Positions 53,772 to 63,876 of a stretch of DNA of 64,000 nucleotides are shown piece by piece. The notes below the pieces were generated by a model. That model was not told the DNA's origin and did not search any database. It worked only from the letters and a program-made list of their open reading frames with translations. The DNA is from Patescibacteria group bacterium (GTDB lineage: Bacteria; Patescibacteriota; Patescibacteriia; JAXHNJ01), in the NCBI GenBank assembly GCA_034520665.1, contig JAXHNJ010000002.1, positions 480,660 to 544,659 on the forward strand, in the 5' to 3' direction. The position numbers and the translations under genes are program-made. How positions within the stretch are numbered: the stretch's first letter is position 1; every line of letters starts with the position of its first letter.

Positions 53772-55745
53772 TTACATGAACAAGGGGGCTAAGACTAAGG
53801 AAACCACAGCCATCAGCTTAATAAGAATATTCATAGAAGGACCAGAAGTATCTTTGAAGGGGTCACCAACTGTATCACCGACTACAGCTGCTTTGTGAGC
53901 CCTTGAACCTTTACCGCCAAGGTGCCCTTCTTCAATGTATTTTTTAGCGTTATCCCAGGCACCGCCGCCATTAGACATCATCAGAGCCAGAAAAACACCG
54001 ACCAGAGTAGCTCCGGCCAAAAGACCGCCTAAAGCCTCTTTACCCAGTAATAATCCAATGACAATCGGACTGCTAATGGCAATTAAGCCAGGTACAATCA
54101 TTTCTTTTATAGAGCCTTTAACGGCAATAGCTACACATTTATCTGAATCAGCTTTAGCTTTGCCTTCCATCAAGCCGACAATTTCTTTAAACTGTCTTCG
54201 AACTTCCTTAACCATTTTAAAAGCCGTACGTCCAACAGCCGTCATAGTTAAAGAAGCAATTAGAAAGGGCAATATGCCACCAATAAATAAACCAGCCACT
54301 ACTTCGGCTTTGGTTAAATCAATAGAATCTAGATTAACAGCTGTAGTATAAGCTGAGAATAAAGCCAGAGCCGTTAAAGCAGCTGAGCCAATAGCAAAAC
54401 CTTTACCCATAGCAGCCGTGGTGTTACCGAGGGAATCAAGTTCATCAGTAATTTTTCTTGTCTCTTTGCCTAAGCCAGCCATTTCACTAATACCACCGGC
54501 GTTATCAGCAATTGGGCCGTAAGCATCAACCGACATAGTCACGCCAATAGTAGCCAGCATACTCACAGCTGACATAGCAATGCCATAGAGACCAGAGAGT
54601 TTAAAAGCGGCAAAAATAGCAATAGCGATGATTAAAACGGGCAGAGCCGTACTTTCCATAGCCACAGCTAAACCAGTAATAATATTAGTAGCCGCGCCAG
54701 TTTCTGATGATTTAGCAATTTTTCTAATTGGACTTGATGAAGTATAAAACTCGGTTAAAAGGCCGATAATAATACCGACACCAGTGCCCAAAACAACCGT
54801 CCAAAATACGCCCATAGGTAAGCCTAATTTACTAACTATAAAATAAGTAGAACCGAGTAGTAATATAGCGGCTACATAAAAAACATATCTAAGTACGGCC
54901 TGAGGATTAAGCTTACTAAAAAATTTAACTGAAAAGACACCGAGAATGGAGGCAATTAATCCGGCAAAAACAATCCATAAAGGCAGAGCCATATAGGCCG
55001 CTCGACTAACTGCGTAAGCGGCTCCGGTAGCACCGATGGCCACAGCGGCAATAACTGAGCCAACATAAGATTCAAATAAATCAGCTCCCATTCCAGCGAC
55101 ATCACCGACATTATCACCGACATTATCGGCAATGACGGCTGGATTACGGGGATCATCTTCAGGAATACCGGCTTCTAATTTACCGACTAAATCAGCGCCG
55201 ACATCAGCTGACTTGGTATAAATACCACCGCCGACACGGGCAAACAAAGCAATTGAAGAAGCACCCATAGCAAAGCCAGACAAAACCGTATGGTCAACAT
55301 CATGAAAAAAGTAATAAAAAACACCCAGACCAATTAAGCCCAAAGAAGCAATCGAAAGCCCCATAACTGAACCGCCGATAAATGCTATATTCAAAGCTTG
55401 AGCTCGGCCCTGTTTATTGGCCGCATTAGCGGTTCTGACATTAGCGTGGGTAGCGGCTGACATACCAAAATAGCCGGCTAACATAGAAGAAAGCCCGCCA
55501 ACCAGGTAAGCCATAGCTGAATTAAAACTAATTTGCCAGGCTAACAAGGCAAAAACAACTACGATAAAGATAATAATTACCTTGTATTCTTTTTTTAGAA
55601 AGACCATAGCGCCGTTGTGGATTCTTTTTTCCAGATCTTGCATCTGATCAGAGCCTGGATCTTTTTTCTTGACGCTAAAGTAAAGACCAATAGCCGTGAT
55701 AAAACCGACTAAGCCTAAGATGAGAGAATAAATACCTACATTCAT
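53772..55745 (-). CDS. hppA: Membrane-bound ion-translocating pyrophosphatase, K+-dependent type
   Basis: [35 protein letters not shown]. Confidence 0.95.
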   Translation of the reverse strand: MNVGIYSLILGLVGFITAIGLYFSVKKKDPGSDQMQDLEKRIHNGAMVFLKKEYKVIIIFIVVVFALLAWQISFNSAMAYLVGGLSSMLAGYFGMSAATHANVRTANAANKQGRAQALNIAFIGGSVMGLSIASLGLIGLGVFYYFFHDVDHTVLSGFAMGASSIALFARVGGGIYTKSADVGADLVGKLEAGIPEDDPRNPAVIADNVGDNVGDVAGMGADLFESYVGSVIAAVAIGATGAAYAVSRAAYMALPLWIVFAGLIASILGVFSVKFFSKLNPQAVLRYVFYVAAILLLGSTYFIVSKLGLPMGVFWTVVLGTGVGIIIGLLTEFYTSSSPIRKIAKSSETGAATNIITGLAVAMESTALPVLIIAIAIFAAFKLSGLYGIAMSAVSMLATIGVTMSVDAYGPIADNAGGISEMAGLGKETRKITDELDSLGNTTAAMGKGFAIGSAALTALALFSAYTTAVNLDSIDLTKAEVVAGLFIGGILPFLIASLTMTAVGRTAFKMVKEVRRQFKEIVGLMEGKAKADSDKCVAIAVKGSIKEMIVPGLIAISSPIVIGLLLGKEALGGLLAGATLVGVFLALMMSNGGGAWDNAKKYIEEGHLGGKGSRAHKAAVVGDTVGDPFKDTSGPSMNILIKLMAVVSLVLAPLFM

Positions 55746-55779
55746 AGTTTTTAGTTAATTATTTATTAATTGATTAATT

Positions 55780-57369
55780 TTATTTTTCTTCTTTTTTCTT
55801 ACTTTCTTCAGATTTATTTTCTTCCTTATCTTTATCTTCTTTATCATTTTCTTTTTTTTCTGAATCCTTTTTTTCATCAGTATTATTTTCTTGAGATTCT
55901 ACTTTTTTATCTTCAGACTCTTTTTCTTCCTTGTCTTGGTCTTTCTTTTTAGCCTCTCCAGTTTTATCTGATTTTTTCTCTGTATTTTCTTTATTTTCTT
56001 CCTTATCTTTATCTTCTTTATCATTTTCTTTTTTTTCTGAATCCTTTTTTTCATCAGTATTATTTTCTTGAGATTCTTCTTTTCCGCCTTTGGCAAATTT
56101 TTCTTCCTTATCCTTATCTTCAACTTTTTCTTTGCTTTCGGAAACAATATCTATTTTCCATCCCGTCAGACGAGCAGCTAGACGAACATTCTGGCCGGCT
56201 TTGCCAATAGCTAAAGAAAGCTGATCTTCTTTAACTTCCGCCACGGTTGTTTTTTCTTCTTTATTTAAAGTTATTTTTAATATTTTAGCCGGCGAAAGAG
56301 CGTTGGCAATGTATTCTATTGGGTCATCTGAATATTCCACAATATCAATCTTTTCACCACCAAGCTCAGAAATAATAGTTTGCACCCGGGAACCTCTTTG
56401 TCCGACACAAGAACCAACTGGATCAATATTTTCCTGATTAGATTTAACAGAAATTTTACTTCTAGAGCCAGCTTCACGGCTGACTGACATTATTTCTACA
56501 GTACCACTGCTGATTTCCGGTACTTCCATAGTAAATAAACGTTTGACCATACCGGGGTGGGCCCGTGAAATGACTATTTCTGGTCCCTTGGTAGTTTGAT
56601 TAACAGAAACTACAAAGACTTTGATACGCATACCCGGGCGGTAATTTTCTCCGGGAATTTGCTCACTTGGGGGAATGATACCGGTAGTTTGGCCTAAGTC
56701 AACCAAGATAAGTCTTCTTTCTTGTCGTTGGACAATCCCGCTAATTATTTCGCCTTCCTTACCCTTAAATTCTTTGTAAAGGTTTTCTCTTTCAGCCTCT
56801 CTTAGGCGTTGAATAATAACTTGTTTAGCCGTTTGAGCGGCCATGCGGCCGTAAGAAGCTGGCGGAAACAATTCAGTTTTTATTTCGTCACCTTCCTTGA
56901 TCTCTTTTTTATCTTTTTTAGCTTCTGATAAAGTGATATGTTTTTTAGGATCAAATTTTTCGAAGTCGTCTTTTTCAGCTTCTTTATCCGACGGTGTTTT
57001 TTTACCCGCGGTAGATTTATCGGAAGCGGATTCTCCCTCCTCTTTTTTATTAGAAGTGGACTTTTCTTTATTCTTTTTATCAGTTTTTTCTTGATCAGTT
57101 TCGTTATTTTCAGCTTCTTTTTCTTTTTTCTCTTTCCAGGCCATAGTTTTTTCATACATTTCATCAGAGACTACTGTTTTAACGTCAAAAACCCGGGCTG
57201 AAGTTGTTTTTGGGTCAAAATCTACTTTTATATTTTGGTTTTTTTCACCAAAATCTTTGCGGTAAGCCACTGCTAAAGCAGCCTCGATGGTTTCTAAGAC
57301 TGACTCATAAGATATATTTTTTTCCTCGCAAATTTGTTTTATTGCTTGTTCTATCGGGTTTTTTGCCAT
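55780..57369 (-). CDS. nusA: Transcription factor NusA with charged insertions
   Basis: GR.AAQTAKQVI.Q, S1 and KH domains, AIGK.GQNVRLA. Confidence 0.95.
   Translation of the reverse strand: MAKNPIEQAIKQICEEKNISYESVLETIEAALAVAYRKDFGEKNQNIKVDFDPKTTSARVFDVKTVVSDEMYEKTMAWKEKKEKEAENNETDQEKTDKKNKEKSTSNKKEEGESASDKSTAGKKTPSDKEAEKDDFEKFDPKKHITLSEAKKDKKEIKEGDEIKTELFPPASYGRMAAQTAKQVIIQRLREAERENLYKEFKGKEGEIISGIVQRQERRLILVDLGQTTGIIPPSEQIPGENYRPGMRIKVFVVSVNQTTKGPEIVISRAHPGMVKRLFTMEVPEISSGTVEIMSVSREAGSRSKISVKSNQENIDPVGSCVGQRGSRVQTIISELGGEKIDIVEYSDDPIEYIANALSPAKILKITLNKEEKTTVAEVKEDQLSLAIGKAGQNVRLAARLTGWKIDIVSESKEKVEDKDKEEKFAKGGKEESQENNTDEKKDSEKKENDKEDKDKEENKENTEKKSDKTGEAKKKDQDKEEKESEDKKVESQENNTDEKKDSEKKENDKEDKDKEENKSEESKKKEEK
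55813..56077. repeat. 88-bp direct repeat in the nusA tail
   Basis: 55813-55900 matches 55990-56077; encodes ESQENNTDEKKDSEKKENDKEDKDKEENK twice. Confidence 0.85.
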
Positions 57370-57459
57370 TTTTATAAAAATTTAATTTTTTAAAAAAAAT
57401 AGACTAGTTATAACACTAGTCTTATGTCAAGAGTATAATAAAAATAAAAATAATGCAAG

Positions 57460-57822
57460 TTAAATTTCTTTAAGATGATTTATTTTAGCTTTATTTTTTT
57501 TATTATTAAGCGTAATAGCCAGGACTTCCACTCGCCATTTTTTATCGTTTAAGTTATTTTCTATGATGTATTTTTCAATAGTATTTTTAAAATTTTCCAA
57601 CTTTTTATCATTAATTGATTCTTCAGGCCGACCAAAAGAATAATTAGTTCTGGTTTTTACTTCGACAAAGACATACCATTCATCTTTTTGGCAGATAATA
57701 TCAATTTCTCCATGGCGGCTGTGATAATTTGTTTCTATTATTTGATAATTATTTTTTTCCAAATAATTTTTTGCCAACTTCTCTCCTTTTTCTCCAATTT
57801 CTTTTTGATAATTTTTTTTCAT
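57460..57822 (-). CDS. YraN family protein
   Basis: G..GE..A..YL, GEIDII, FVEVKTR. Confidence 0.92.
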   Translation of the reverse strand: MKKNYQKEIGEKGEKLAKNYLEKNNYQIIETNYHSRHGEIDIICQKDEWYVFVEVKTRTNYSFGRPEESINDKKLENFKNTIEKYIIENNLNDKKWRVEVLAITLNNKKNKAKINHLKEI

Positions 57823-57865
57823 AAAAAAAGACTTAAATTATAAAAAAATTAAGCCACCATTTTTT

Positions 57866-58432
57866 TTAAGCTGTTTTAGTCATAATCAAACCCCAGTGAT
57901 AAGGCCCAGCCTTAAAATCTTCCATCGGCGCTAAATTAACTTCTGAAGCCAGCTGAATAACTTGGGGTTTTTCAATTATTTCTTTTTTCTGAGGTCCAAA
58001 CATAAGCTTGCTTGAGGAAGACCACTCAACAATTAAAATGCGCCCTTCTTTTTTTATCATACGGGTGCATTCTTTTAGTATTTCTTTTTGTTTTTCTGAC
58101 TGATGAAGCACATTAACTAAAATACCTCGATCCAATGATTCGTCTTTAATTTTTTTGGTAGCTCCGTAGATTTCTAGATCAGACCAAATACAGCGGACAA
58201 AACTGCTATAGCCACGCATTTTTACGTTTCTCCAGACAGCTGATAAATTAGGCTTAAAAATATCAACAGCAAAGACCTGTCCTTGATCCCCAACCATTTC
58301 AGCGGTCTGAATAGTAAAATAACCCGAACCACCGCACCCAAAATCCCCCACTTTCATACCAGGTTTAACTTCTAGTTTCTCAAGCAGGGAAACGGGGTCT
58401 AAATAGCTTTTTCCTGAAGGCATTTTATCCAT
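57866..58432 (-). CDS. Class I SAM-dependent methyltransferase
   Basis: DFGCGGSG, AVDI. Confidence 0.85.
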   Translation of the reverse strand: MDKMPSGKSYLDPVSLLEKLEVKPGMKVGDFGCGGSGYFTIQTAEMVGDQGQVFAVDIFKPNLSAVWRNVKMRGYSSFVRCIWSDLEIYGATKKIKDESLDRGILVNVLHQSEKQKEILKECTRMIKKEGRILIVEWSSSSKLMFGPQKKEIIEKPQVIQLASEVNLAPMEDFKAGPYHWGLIMTKTA

Positions 58433-58444
58433 ATTTGTATTATA

Positions 58445-59053
58445 TCACTTATAGAAAATATTGAAAGGTTTAAATGATTTTCTGTGGATACTTGAAGGGC
58501 CATACTTTTTTAAAGCTTGTAGATGTTTTTTTGTGCCATAACCCATATTGTTTATAAAATCGTAATTATTATATTTTTGGTGATACCCGGTCATAATTCT
58601 GTCTCTTTCTACTTTTGCTAAAATTGAAGCAGCCGCAATAGAAAAAATCTTTTCGTCCCCTTTAATTATTGATTTATTTGGTATTTTAATATTTATTTTA
58701 AAATAATCAATTAAAAGAAAATCTGGTTTCTTTTTTAAAGATCTAACGGCTTTTATAATAACTTTTTCATTAGCTTTTTGAAGACCTAATTTATCTATTT
58801 GCCTAGCTGAAATTTTTTCTATGGAAAAAGCATAAGCTTTTTCGGTTATTTTTTTATAGAGCAATTCTCTTTGTTTTGCCGATAATTTTTTTGAATCGTT
58901 AATACCTTTAATTCTTACGCCTTTTTTAAAAATAACCGCGGCTGCCACTATTGGTCCGGCTAAGGGGCCTCGGCCGGCTTCATCTACTCCGGCGATATAT
59001 TTAAAACCTTTTTTAAAAAGTCTATTTTCTTGTTTTTGGTTTGGTTTGTTCAT
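58445..59053 (-). CDS. rnhB: Ribonuclease HII
   Basis: GVDEAGRGPLAGP, DSKKL, KGD, AASILAKV.RD. Confidence 0.96.
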   Translation of the reverse strand: MNKPNQKQENRLFKKGFKYIAGVDEAGRGPLAGPIVAAAVIFKKGVRIKGINDSKKLSAKQRELLYKKITEKAYAFSIEKISARQIDKLGLQKANEKVIIKAVRSLKKKPDFLLIDYFKINIKIPNKSIIKGDEKIFSIAAASILAKVERDRIMTGYHQKYNNYDFINNMGYGTKKHLQALKKYGPSSIHRKSFKPFNIFYK

Positions 59054-59091
59054 TAATTTTATTATAACTTATATTTTAGGTAAATAAAAAA

Positions 59092-59241
59092 CGGGGCTCA
59101 CTCTGACGGATCAGAGGTATTGCCCCACGAAAGGTACTCCCTAGTTTTACTAGGGCGGATGAGCGAATCGGAAGATCATGGGTCCTCCATTTGGCTCGGG
59201 CGAGCGTCGCCAGAAAGTGCTTATCCGGCGACAAAGTACCC
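59092..59241. ncRNA. Unassigned GC-rich structured intergenic element
   Basis: Several nested stems (ggggc/gcccc, ctctga/tcagag, ggtac/gtacc, ccctag/ctaggg, gtcgcc/ggcgac) in an AT-rich context. Confidence 0.45.
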
Positions 59242-59263
59242 TAAAATATTAGCAAGGGGGTTA

Positions 59264-60529
59264 TTATTTGTCAAGAGATTTTTTAATCTTTTTTAGAGCT
59301 AAAATATAACTGGCTGTTTTCAAATCAGTCTGATATTTTTTTGATAAAGTCAAAACTTCTTGAGCCGCTTTAGTTATTTTATCTTTTAATTTTTTATTGA
59401 TTTTTTCTTTTGGCCAGTATTTATCAGAGAGGTTTTGTTGCCATTCAAAATAAGAAACGATTACGCCGCCGGCGTTAGCTAGGATATCCGGAATAACTAT
59501 GATATTTTTTTTCTTTAATATTTCTAAAGCTTCAGTGGTAATGGCACCGTTAGCCATTTCCAGAATTATTTTTGCTTTTATTTTGTGAGCGTTATCTTTG
59601 GTAATGGCTTTTTCCAAAGCGGCCGGGATGAGAATATTACAGGGTTGTTCTAAAATTTTATTATTTTCAAAGTGTTCGTGTTTTTCTTCGTCATGGTCAC
59701 AGACACTGCCTTTTTGATAAATACCATCAACCAAGCCTTCTTTCTTTTTAAACTCCCAGATATGTTGAGGGGTAAAACCTTCTTGAGAAAAAATCTCAGC
59801 CTTAGAATCAGAAAGACCAGTAATTTTAAAACCCTGGTTATAAAGTATTTCGGAAATAATATGACCAACATTGCCAAAGCCCTGAACAATAGTTTTTAAG
59901 CCTTTTTTGTTTATATTTAAATTATTTAATATTTCCTCCAGTACAAAAACTCCGCCCAAGGCCGTCGCTTCCTCGCGCCCTTGGCTGCCGCCCATAGCCA
60001 AGGGTTTGCCGGTAGTAACGGCTAAAGCTTTTTTATCATCTTTAATAATTTTAGCGTATTCACTAACAATCCAAGACATGACCGTAGCGTTAGTGTAAAC
60101 ATCAGGAGCCAGAATATCTTTTTGTGGGCCGATATATTTGGCTATAGCCTGGGTGTATTTTCGGGTTAGTTTTTCTAATTCTTCAAGGCTTAATTTCCGT
60201 GGATCAACTTTTATACCTCCCTTACCGCCGCCATAAGGTAAGTCAGTAACAGCGCATTTTAAGCTCATCCAAAAAGATAAACTAACTACTTCGTCTTGGG
60301 TAACACCTGGATGATATCTTAAGCCGCCTTTGTAAGGGCCTCGTATATTATTATATTGAGAGCGAAAAGCTAAAAAAGTCTTTTCTCCTTTTGATGTTTT
60401 TAATTTTAAGTCAGCTTCAATAACTCGATCAGGTTTTTTTAAAATTTTATATACTTTTTCTAAACTAGCCATCTTAGCCGCTTTTTTGAGCTCTTCTAAG
60501 CTATCAGAGAGAATAGTATTATTTTTCAT
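59264..60529 (-). CDS. gdhA: Glu/Leu/Phe/Val dehydrogenase
   Basis: GPYKGG.RY, GGGKGG, APD, GFGNVG, NAGGV..SYFEW. Confidence 0.92.
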   Translation of the reverse strand: MKNNTILSDSLEELKKAAKMASLEKVYKILKKPDRVIEADLKLKTSKGEKTFLAFRSQYNNIRGPYKGGLRYHPGVTQDEVVSLSFWMSLKCAVTDLPYGGGKGGIKVDPRKLSLEELEKLTRKYTQAIAKYIGPQKDILAPDVYTNATVMSWIVSEYAKIIKDDKKALAVTTGKPLAMGGSQGREEATALGGVFVLEEILNNLNINKKGLKTIVQGFGNVGHIISEILYNQGFKITGLSDSKAEIFSQEGFTPQHIWEFKKKEGLVDGIYQKGSVCDHDEEKHEHFENNKILEQPCNILIPAALEKAITKDNAHKIKAKIILEMANGAITTEALEILKKKNIIVIPDILANAGGVIVSYFEWQQNLSDKYWPKEKINKKLKDKITKAAQEVLTLSKKYQTDLKTASYILALKKIKKSLDK

Positions 60530-61712
60530 TTTTATATTTTTTTAAAGCAATTTTCAATATTTGCATCGCTTCTTTTAAAATTTTGGCTTGGTAGACAAAA
60601 GCCAAACGCACCTCATTTTTTCCTTGATCAGGCGAAGCATAAAACCCGCAGGCCGGAGCCAGAAGCAGAGTTTTATTTTTATATTCAAAGTTTGTTAAAA
60701 GCCACTGGCAGAATTTTTCTGAATTATCAACTGGTAAACCAATGATAATATAAAAAGATCCTTCAGGAAAACGATAAGTTAAATTAGGTATTTTTTTAAG
60801 TTCTTCTTTAACTGTTTCTCTTCTTTTTTTATATTCAAGTATTAAATTATTAATGTATTCTTTTGAGTTTTTTAAGAGAGGAATAAAAATCTCCTGTTCT
60901 ATAGTCGGTGAGGAAAGTCGGGCTTGGGCGAACTTAGTTACGTTTTCAATTATTTTTTTATTATAGCTAGCTAAACAGCCAAGTCGGGCCCCGCAGGCGT
61001 TAAATCTCTTGGAAACACTATCAGCTAAAATAATATTTTTTTTAATATTTTTAAAATTAAAAAGACTGTAAAATTTAGAATCACCAAAAACAAATTCTCG
61101 ATAAACTTCGTCATTAATAATAAAAAGATCATACTTTTCTGCCAGTAAAGCTAAAATATTTAATTCTTCTTTAGTGTAAACAGTACCGGTGGGATTATTA
61201 GGATTAGTAATGATGATACCTTTAGTTTTTTTATTTATTCTTTTTTCTATTTCTTCTCTTGGAGGCAGATGAAAACCCTTCTCAATTTTTAAAGTTATAG
61301 GATTTAATTTAACATCAATCAAAGAAGCAAAACCGTTGTAATTAGTATAAAAAGGTTCAAAAACAATTATCTCCTCGCCAGCATCGGCAATAGCAGCCAT
61401 GGCAAAAATAATAGCTTCGGAACCGCCGGTAGTAACAACAATCTCATCATTTTTAAAATCAAGTCCTGAATCTATTAAATATTTCTGCCAGGCCTTAATC
61501 ACCTGAGGTAGGCCTTGAGAAGGAGCATAACAAATTACCTCTCTTTTATAATTTTTTATTTCTTGGCGCACTATTTTTGGTAATTCAATATCAGGCTGGC
61601 CAATATTTAGTTTTATTACCTCTCGCCCTTTTTTTTCGGTCTGGTTAGCCAGAGGATAGAGTTTACGAATAGGCGAGGCTTGAATATTTAAACCTCTTTT
61701 TGAAAGTTTCAT
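60519..61712 (-). CDS. Class I/II PLP aminotransferase
   Basis: LNIGQPD, NPNNPTG, DEVY, S.SK...G.R.G. Confidence 0.92.
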   Translation of the reverse strand: MKLSKRGLNIQASPIRKLYPLANQTEKKGREVIKLNIGQPDIELPKIVRQEIKNYKREVICYAPSQGLPQVIKAWQKYLIDSGLDFKNDEIVVTTGGSEAIIFAMAAIADAGEEIIVFEPFYTNYNGFASLIDVKLNPITLKIEKGFHLPPREEIEKRINKKTKGIIITNPNNPTGTVYTKEELNILALLAEKYDLFIINDEVYREFVFGDSKFYSLFNFKNIKKNIILADSVSKRFNACGARLGCLASYNKKIIENVTKFAQARLSSPTIEQEIFIPLLKNSKEYINNLILEYKKRRETVKEELKKIPNLTYRFPEGSFYIIIGLPVDNSEKFCQWLLTNFEYKNKTLLLAPACGFYASPDQGKNEVRLAFVYQAKILKEAMQILKIALKKYKNEK

Positions 61713-62665
61713 GAATTCCCCTTTCTTTTTCCCCAGTCAATAAAACCGCCTTTAGCTAAACCTTTTTGTTGGAGATATTTATGAGCTGACAGAGCGGCTT
61801 TAGCTCCCTGGCCGGCTGAAATAACTATTTGTTTATAAGAGGTATTAGTGACATCACCAGCCGCAAAAATTCCTTCTTCACTGGTGCGACAGTCTTGGTC
61901 AATAACAATTTGATTTTTTTTATCTAGTTTGACTATATCTTTAATAAAATCAGCCTTAACCTCAAAACCAATTTCTATAAAAACCCCTTCTACTTCTATT
62001 TCTTTTTCCTTATTTTCTTGATTAATAATTAGTTTATTAACGCTGTCATTGCCTTTAATTTCTTTAGCTTGGGCCTTATAAATTACTTCAATTTTTTTAT
62101 TATCCAAAACTTGTTTGGCTAGTACGTTTTCACCCCGAAATTTATCACGCCGGTGTATTAAGTATACTTTTGGAGAATTTTTAGCTAAAAGTAAGGCAGC
62201 TTCTAAAGCTGAATTACCGCCGCCAATAACTGACACAATTTTTTCTTTATAAAGCGGAGCGTCACAGGTAGCACAGTAAACTACGCCTTTACCCATATAT
62301 TTATCTTCACCGGGTACATTTAAATGGCGATGTGAAAGCCCAAAAGCTAAAATAACAGCATGTCCCTGATAGGATTCATGGCTGCTGGTTTTAAGATTAA
62401 ATTTTTCTTTATCCTTTTTAATTTTTTTTACTTCAGCTATTTTTATCTCGGCTCCAAACTTTTTAGCTTGATTCATAAAGTTAAGCATCAGATTCGGTCC
62501 TTCAATTTTATTGATACCAGGATAATTTTCGACAATATGAGTAGTGGCTGTTTGGCCGCCAATATCTTGGGAAAGAACCAGTGGGTTAAGACTGCGCCGG
62601 GAAGCATAAAGAGCGGCGGTTAAACCAGCTGAACCAGCGCCAACAATAATTACGTCATAGATCAT
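61709..62665 (-). CDS. trxB: Thioredoxin reductase
   Basis: GAGSAG, CATCD, GGGNSA, FAAGD. Confidence 0.93.
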   Translation of the reverse strand: MIYDVIIVGAGSAGLTAALYASRRSLNPLVLSQDIGGQTATTHIVENYPGINKIEGPNLMLNFMNQAKKFGAEIKIAEVKKIKKDKEKFNLKTSSHESYQGHAVILAFGLSHRHLNVPGEDKYMGKGVVYCATCDAPLYKEKIVSVIGGGNSALEAALLLAKNSPKVYLIHRRDKFRGENVLAKQVLDNKKIEVIYKAQAKEIKGNDSVNKLIINQENKEKEIEVEGVFIEIGFEVKADFIKDIVKLDKKNQIVIDQDCRTSEEGIFAAGDVTNTSYKQIVISAGQGAKAALSAHKYLQQKGLAKGGFIDWGKRKGNS

Positions 62666-62680
62666 AATCTTTATATGAGT

Positions 62681-63004
62681 TTAGATATATTTATTTAGCT
62701 GTTCAATTAAATTTTCTTTTTGCTGAAGACCAACTCCTTGCCAGACTGCTTCACCTTCTTTGAAAATAATTAAAGTAGGAATACTTTTAATTTGGAATTT
62801 TTCTGCTATTTTTGGATTTTTATCAATTTCTATTTTGGTAATTTTGGCTTTGTCTTTTATTTCTTCAGCCATTTCTTCTAAAATCGGACCCTGCATTTTA
62901 CAGGGACCACACCACTGGGCCCAAAAATCAACTAGGACTGGCTTATCTTTTTCTTTTAAAACCTCCTCTTCAAAATTTTGATCGTTTAATTCGATTTCTG
63001 ACAT
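62681..63004 (-). CDS. trxA: Thioredoxin
   Basis: WCGPC. Confidence 0.96.
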   Translation of the reverse strand: MSEIELNDQNFEEEVLKEKDKPVLVDFWAQWCGPCKMQGPILEEMAEEIKDKAKITKIEIDKNPKIAEKFQIKSIPTLIIFKEGEAVWQGVGLQQKENLIEQLNKYI

Positions 63005-63023
63005 AATAAAATCTCCTTTATTA

Positions 63024-63281
63024 TTATTTTATCTTAAATAAATGACTAGTGATTTTTTCAAGATTATTCAGCTTTTTATGGCAATTGCTTTTTTTACCAG
63101 TAAAACAACTAGAAGTTTCATCCTGCAAAATAGTTAAACAAATTTTTTCAATAGAAGAACGGGCGGCTAAAAGCTGTTGAAGTATTTCCTGGCAGTCTCT
63201 TTTATTTTTAACCATTTTTTCTATGCCTTGAATTTGCCCTGAAGTCCGGTGCAATCTTGAAATAATTGGTTGCTGTTTCAT
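63024..63281 (-). CDS. CsoR/RcnR/CstR family repressor
   Basis: RL.R..GQ..GI.KM, C..IL.Q..A, second Cys near the C-terminus. Confidence 0.88.
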   Translation of the reverse strand: MKQQPIISRLHRTSGQIQGIEKMVKNKRDCQEILQQLLAARSSIEKICLTILQDETSSCFTGKKSNCHKKLNNLEKITSHLFKIK

Positions 63282-63321
63282 AATTTTAACTTATTTTTAT
63301 TAATAAATAAAGAATTAATTA

Positions 63322-63348
63322 TTAATATACTAGGGGGGAGTATATTAA
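63322..63348. promoter_or_regulatory. CsoR-family operator
   Basis: TTAATATACT-aGGGGGG-AGTATATTAA: AT-rich IR around a G-tract, just downstream of a TTGACT -35-like box (63373-63378, minus strand). Confidence 0.8.
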
Positions 63349-63497
63349 AATAATAATAAAATTTAAATAATTAGTCAAGTAATAGAAATAATTGTGAATA
63401 AAGGTTGTAAGTAGGACTGGTTTTGAAAAAATATAATTAGCATTTTTATAATTTTAGTTTAATAAAAAAGACTCCACTATTTTGGTGAAGTCTTTTT

Positions 63498-63574
63498 TGG
63501 TGGACCCAACAGGAATCGAACCTGCGACCTCCTCCATGCCATGGAGGCGCTCTAGCCAACTGAGCTATGGGCCC
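63498..63574 (-). tRNA. tRNA-Ala(GGC)
   Basis: Cloverleaf, loop AT GGC AT, CCA encoded. Confidence 0.95.
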
Positions 63575-63602
63575 AAATATTAATTATTTACCGTGAGCCT
63601 AT

Positions 63603-63668
63603 TCTAGCCTCAGCCAAAGGCTCATCCGTTCTTTAGTGGAGATCCGCCTCGGGCGGAAACTGAGCTAT
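63603..63668 (-). pseudogene. tRNA D-arm remnant interrupted by a cagccaaaggc..tccgcctcgggcgga palindrome
   Basis: tctagc(c)|insert|aactgagctat rejoins to the adjacent tRNA-Ala sequence. Confidence 0.65.
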
Positions 63669-63876
63669 TGACTCAAAGATAGAAACGGGCCGTCTAGCTC
63701 TCGTTTTGCCAAGAAAGAAACGGATTCTCAAAGTTTAAGTTGAACTTTATTTCGCCCCTCCTCTGAGAGGCGTAACAGAACTATTATTTATGGGCCCGTC
63801 TTTATAAAATTATAGATTATTAAATAAAATAAATCAATATCAAACATACTTGGTCTGATATTGATTTATATAAATA

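Noticed and set aside
59092-59241. RNase P, SRP, tmRNA or hammerhead ribozyme
   Set aside because: Hallmark motifs (GAGGAAAGTCC, the SRP loop, a tRNA-like end, CUGAUGA..GAAA) were not found by eye.
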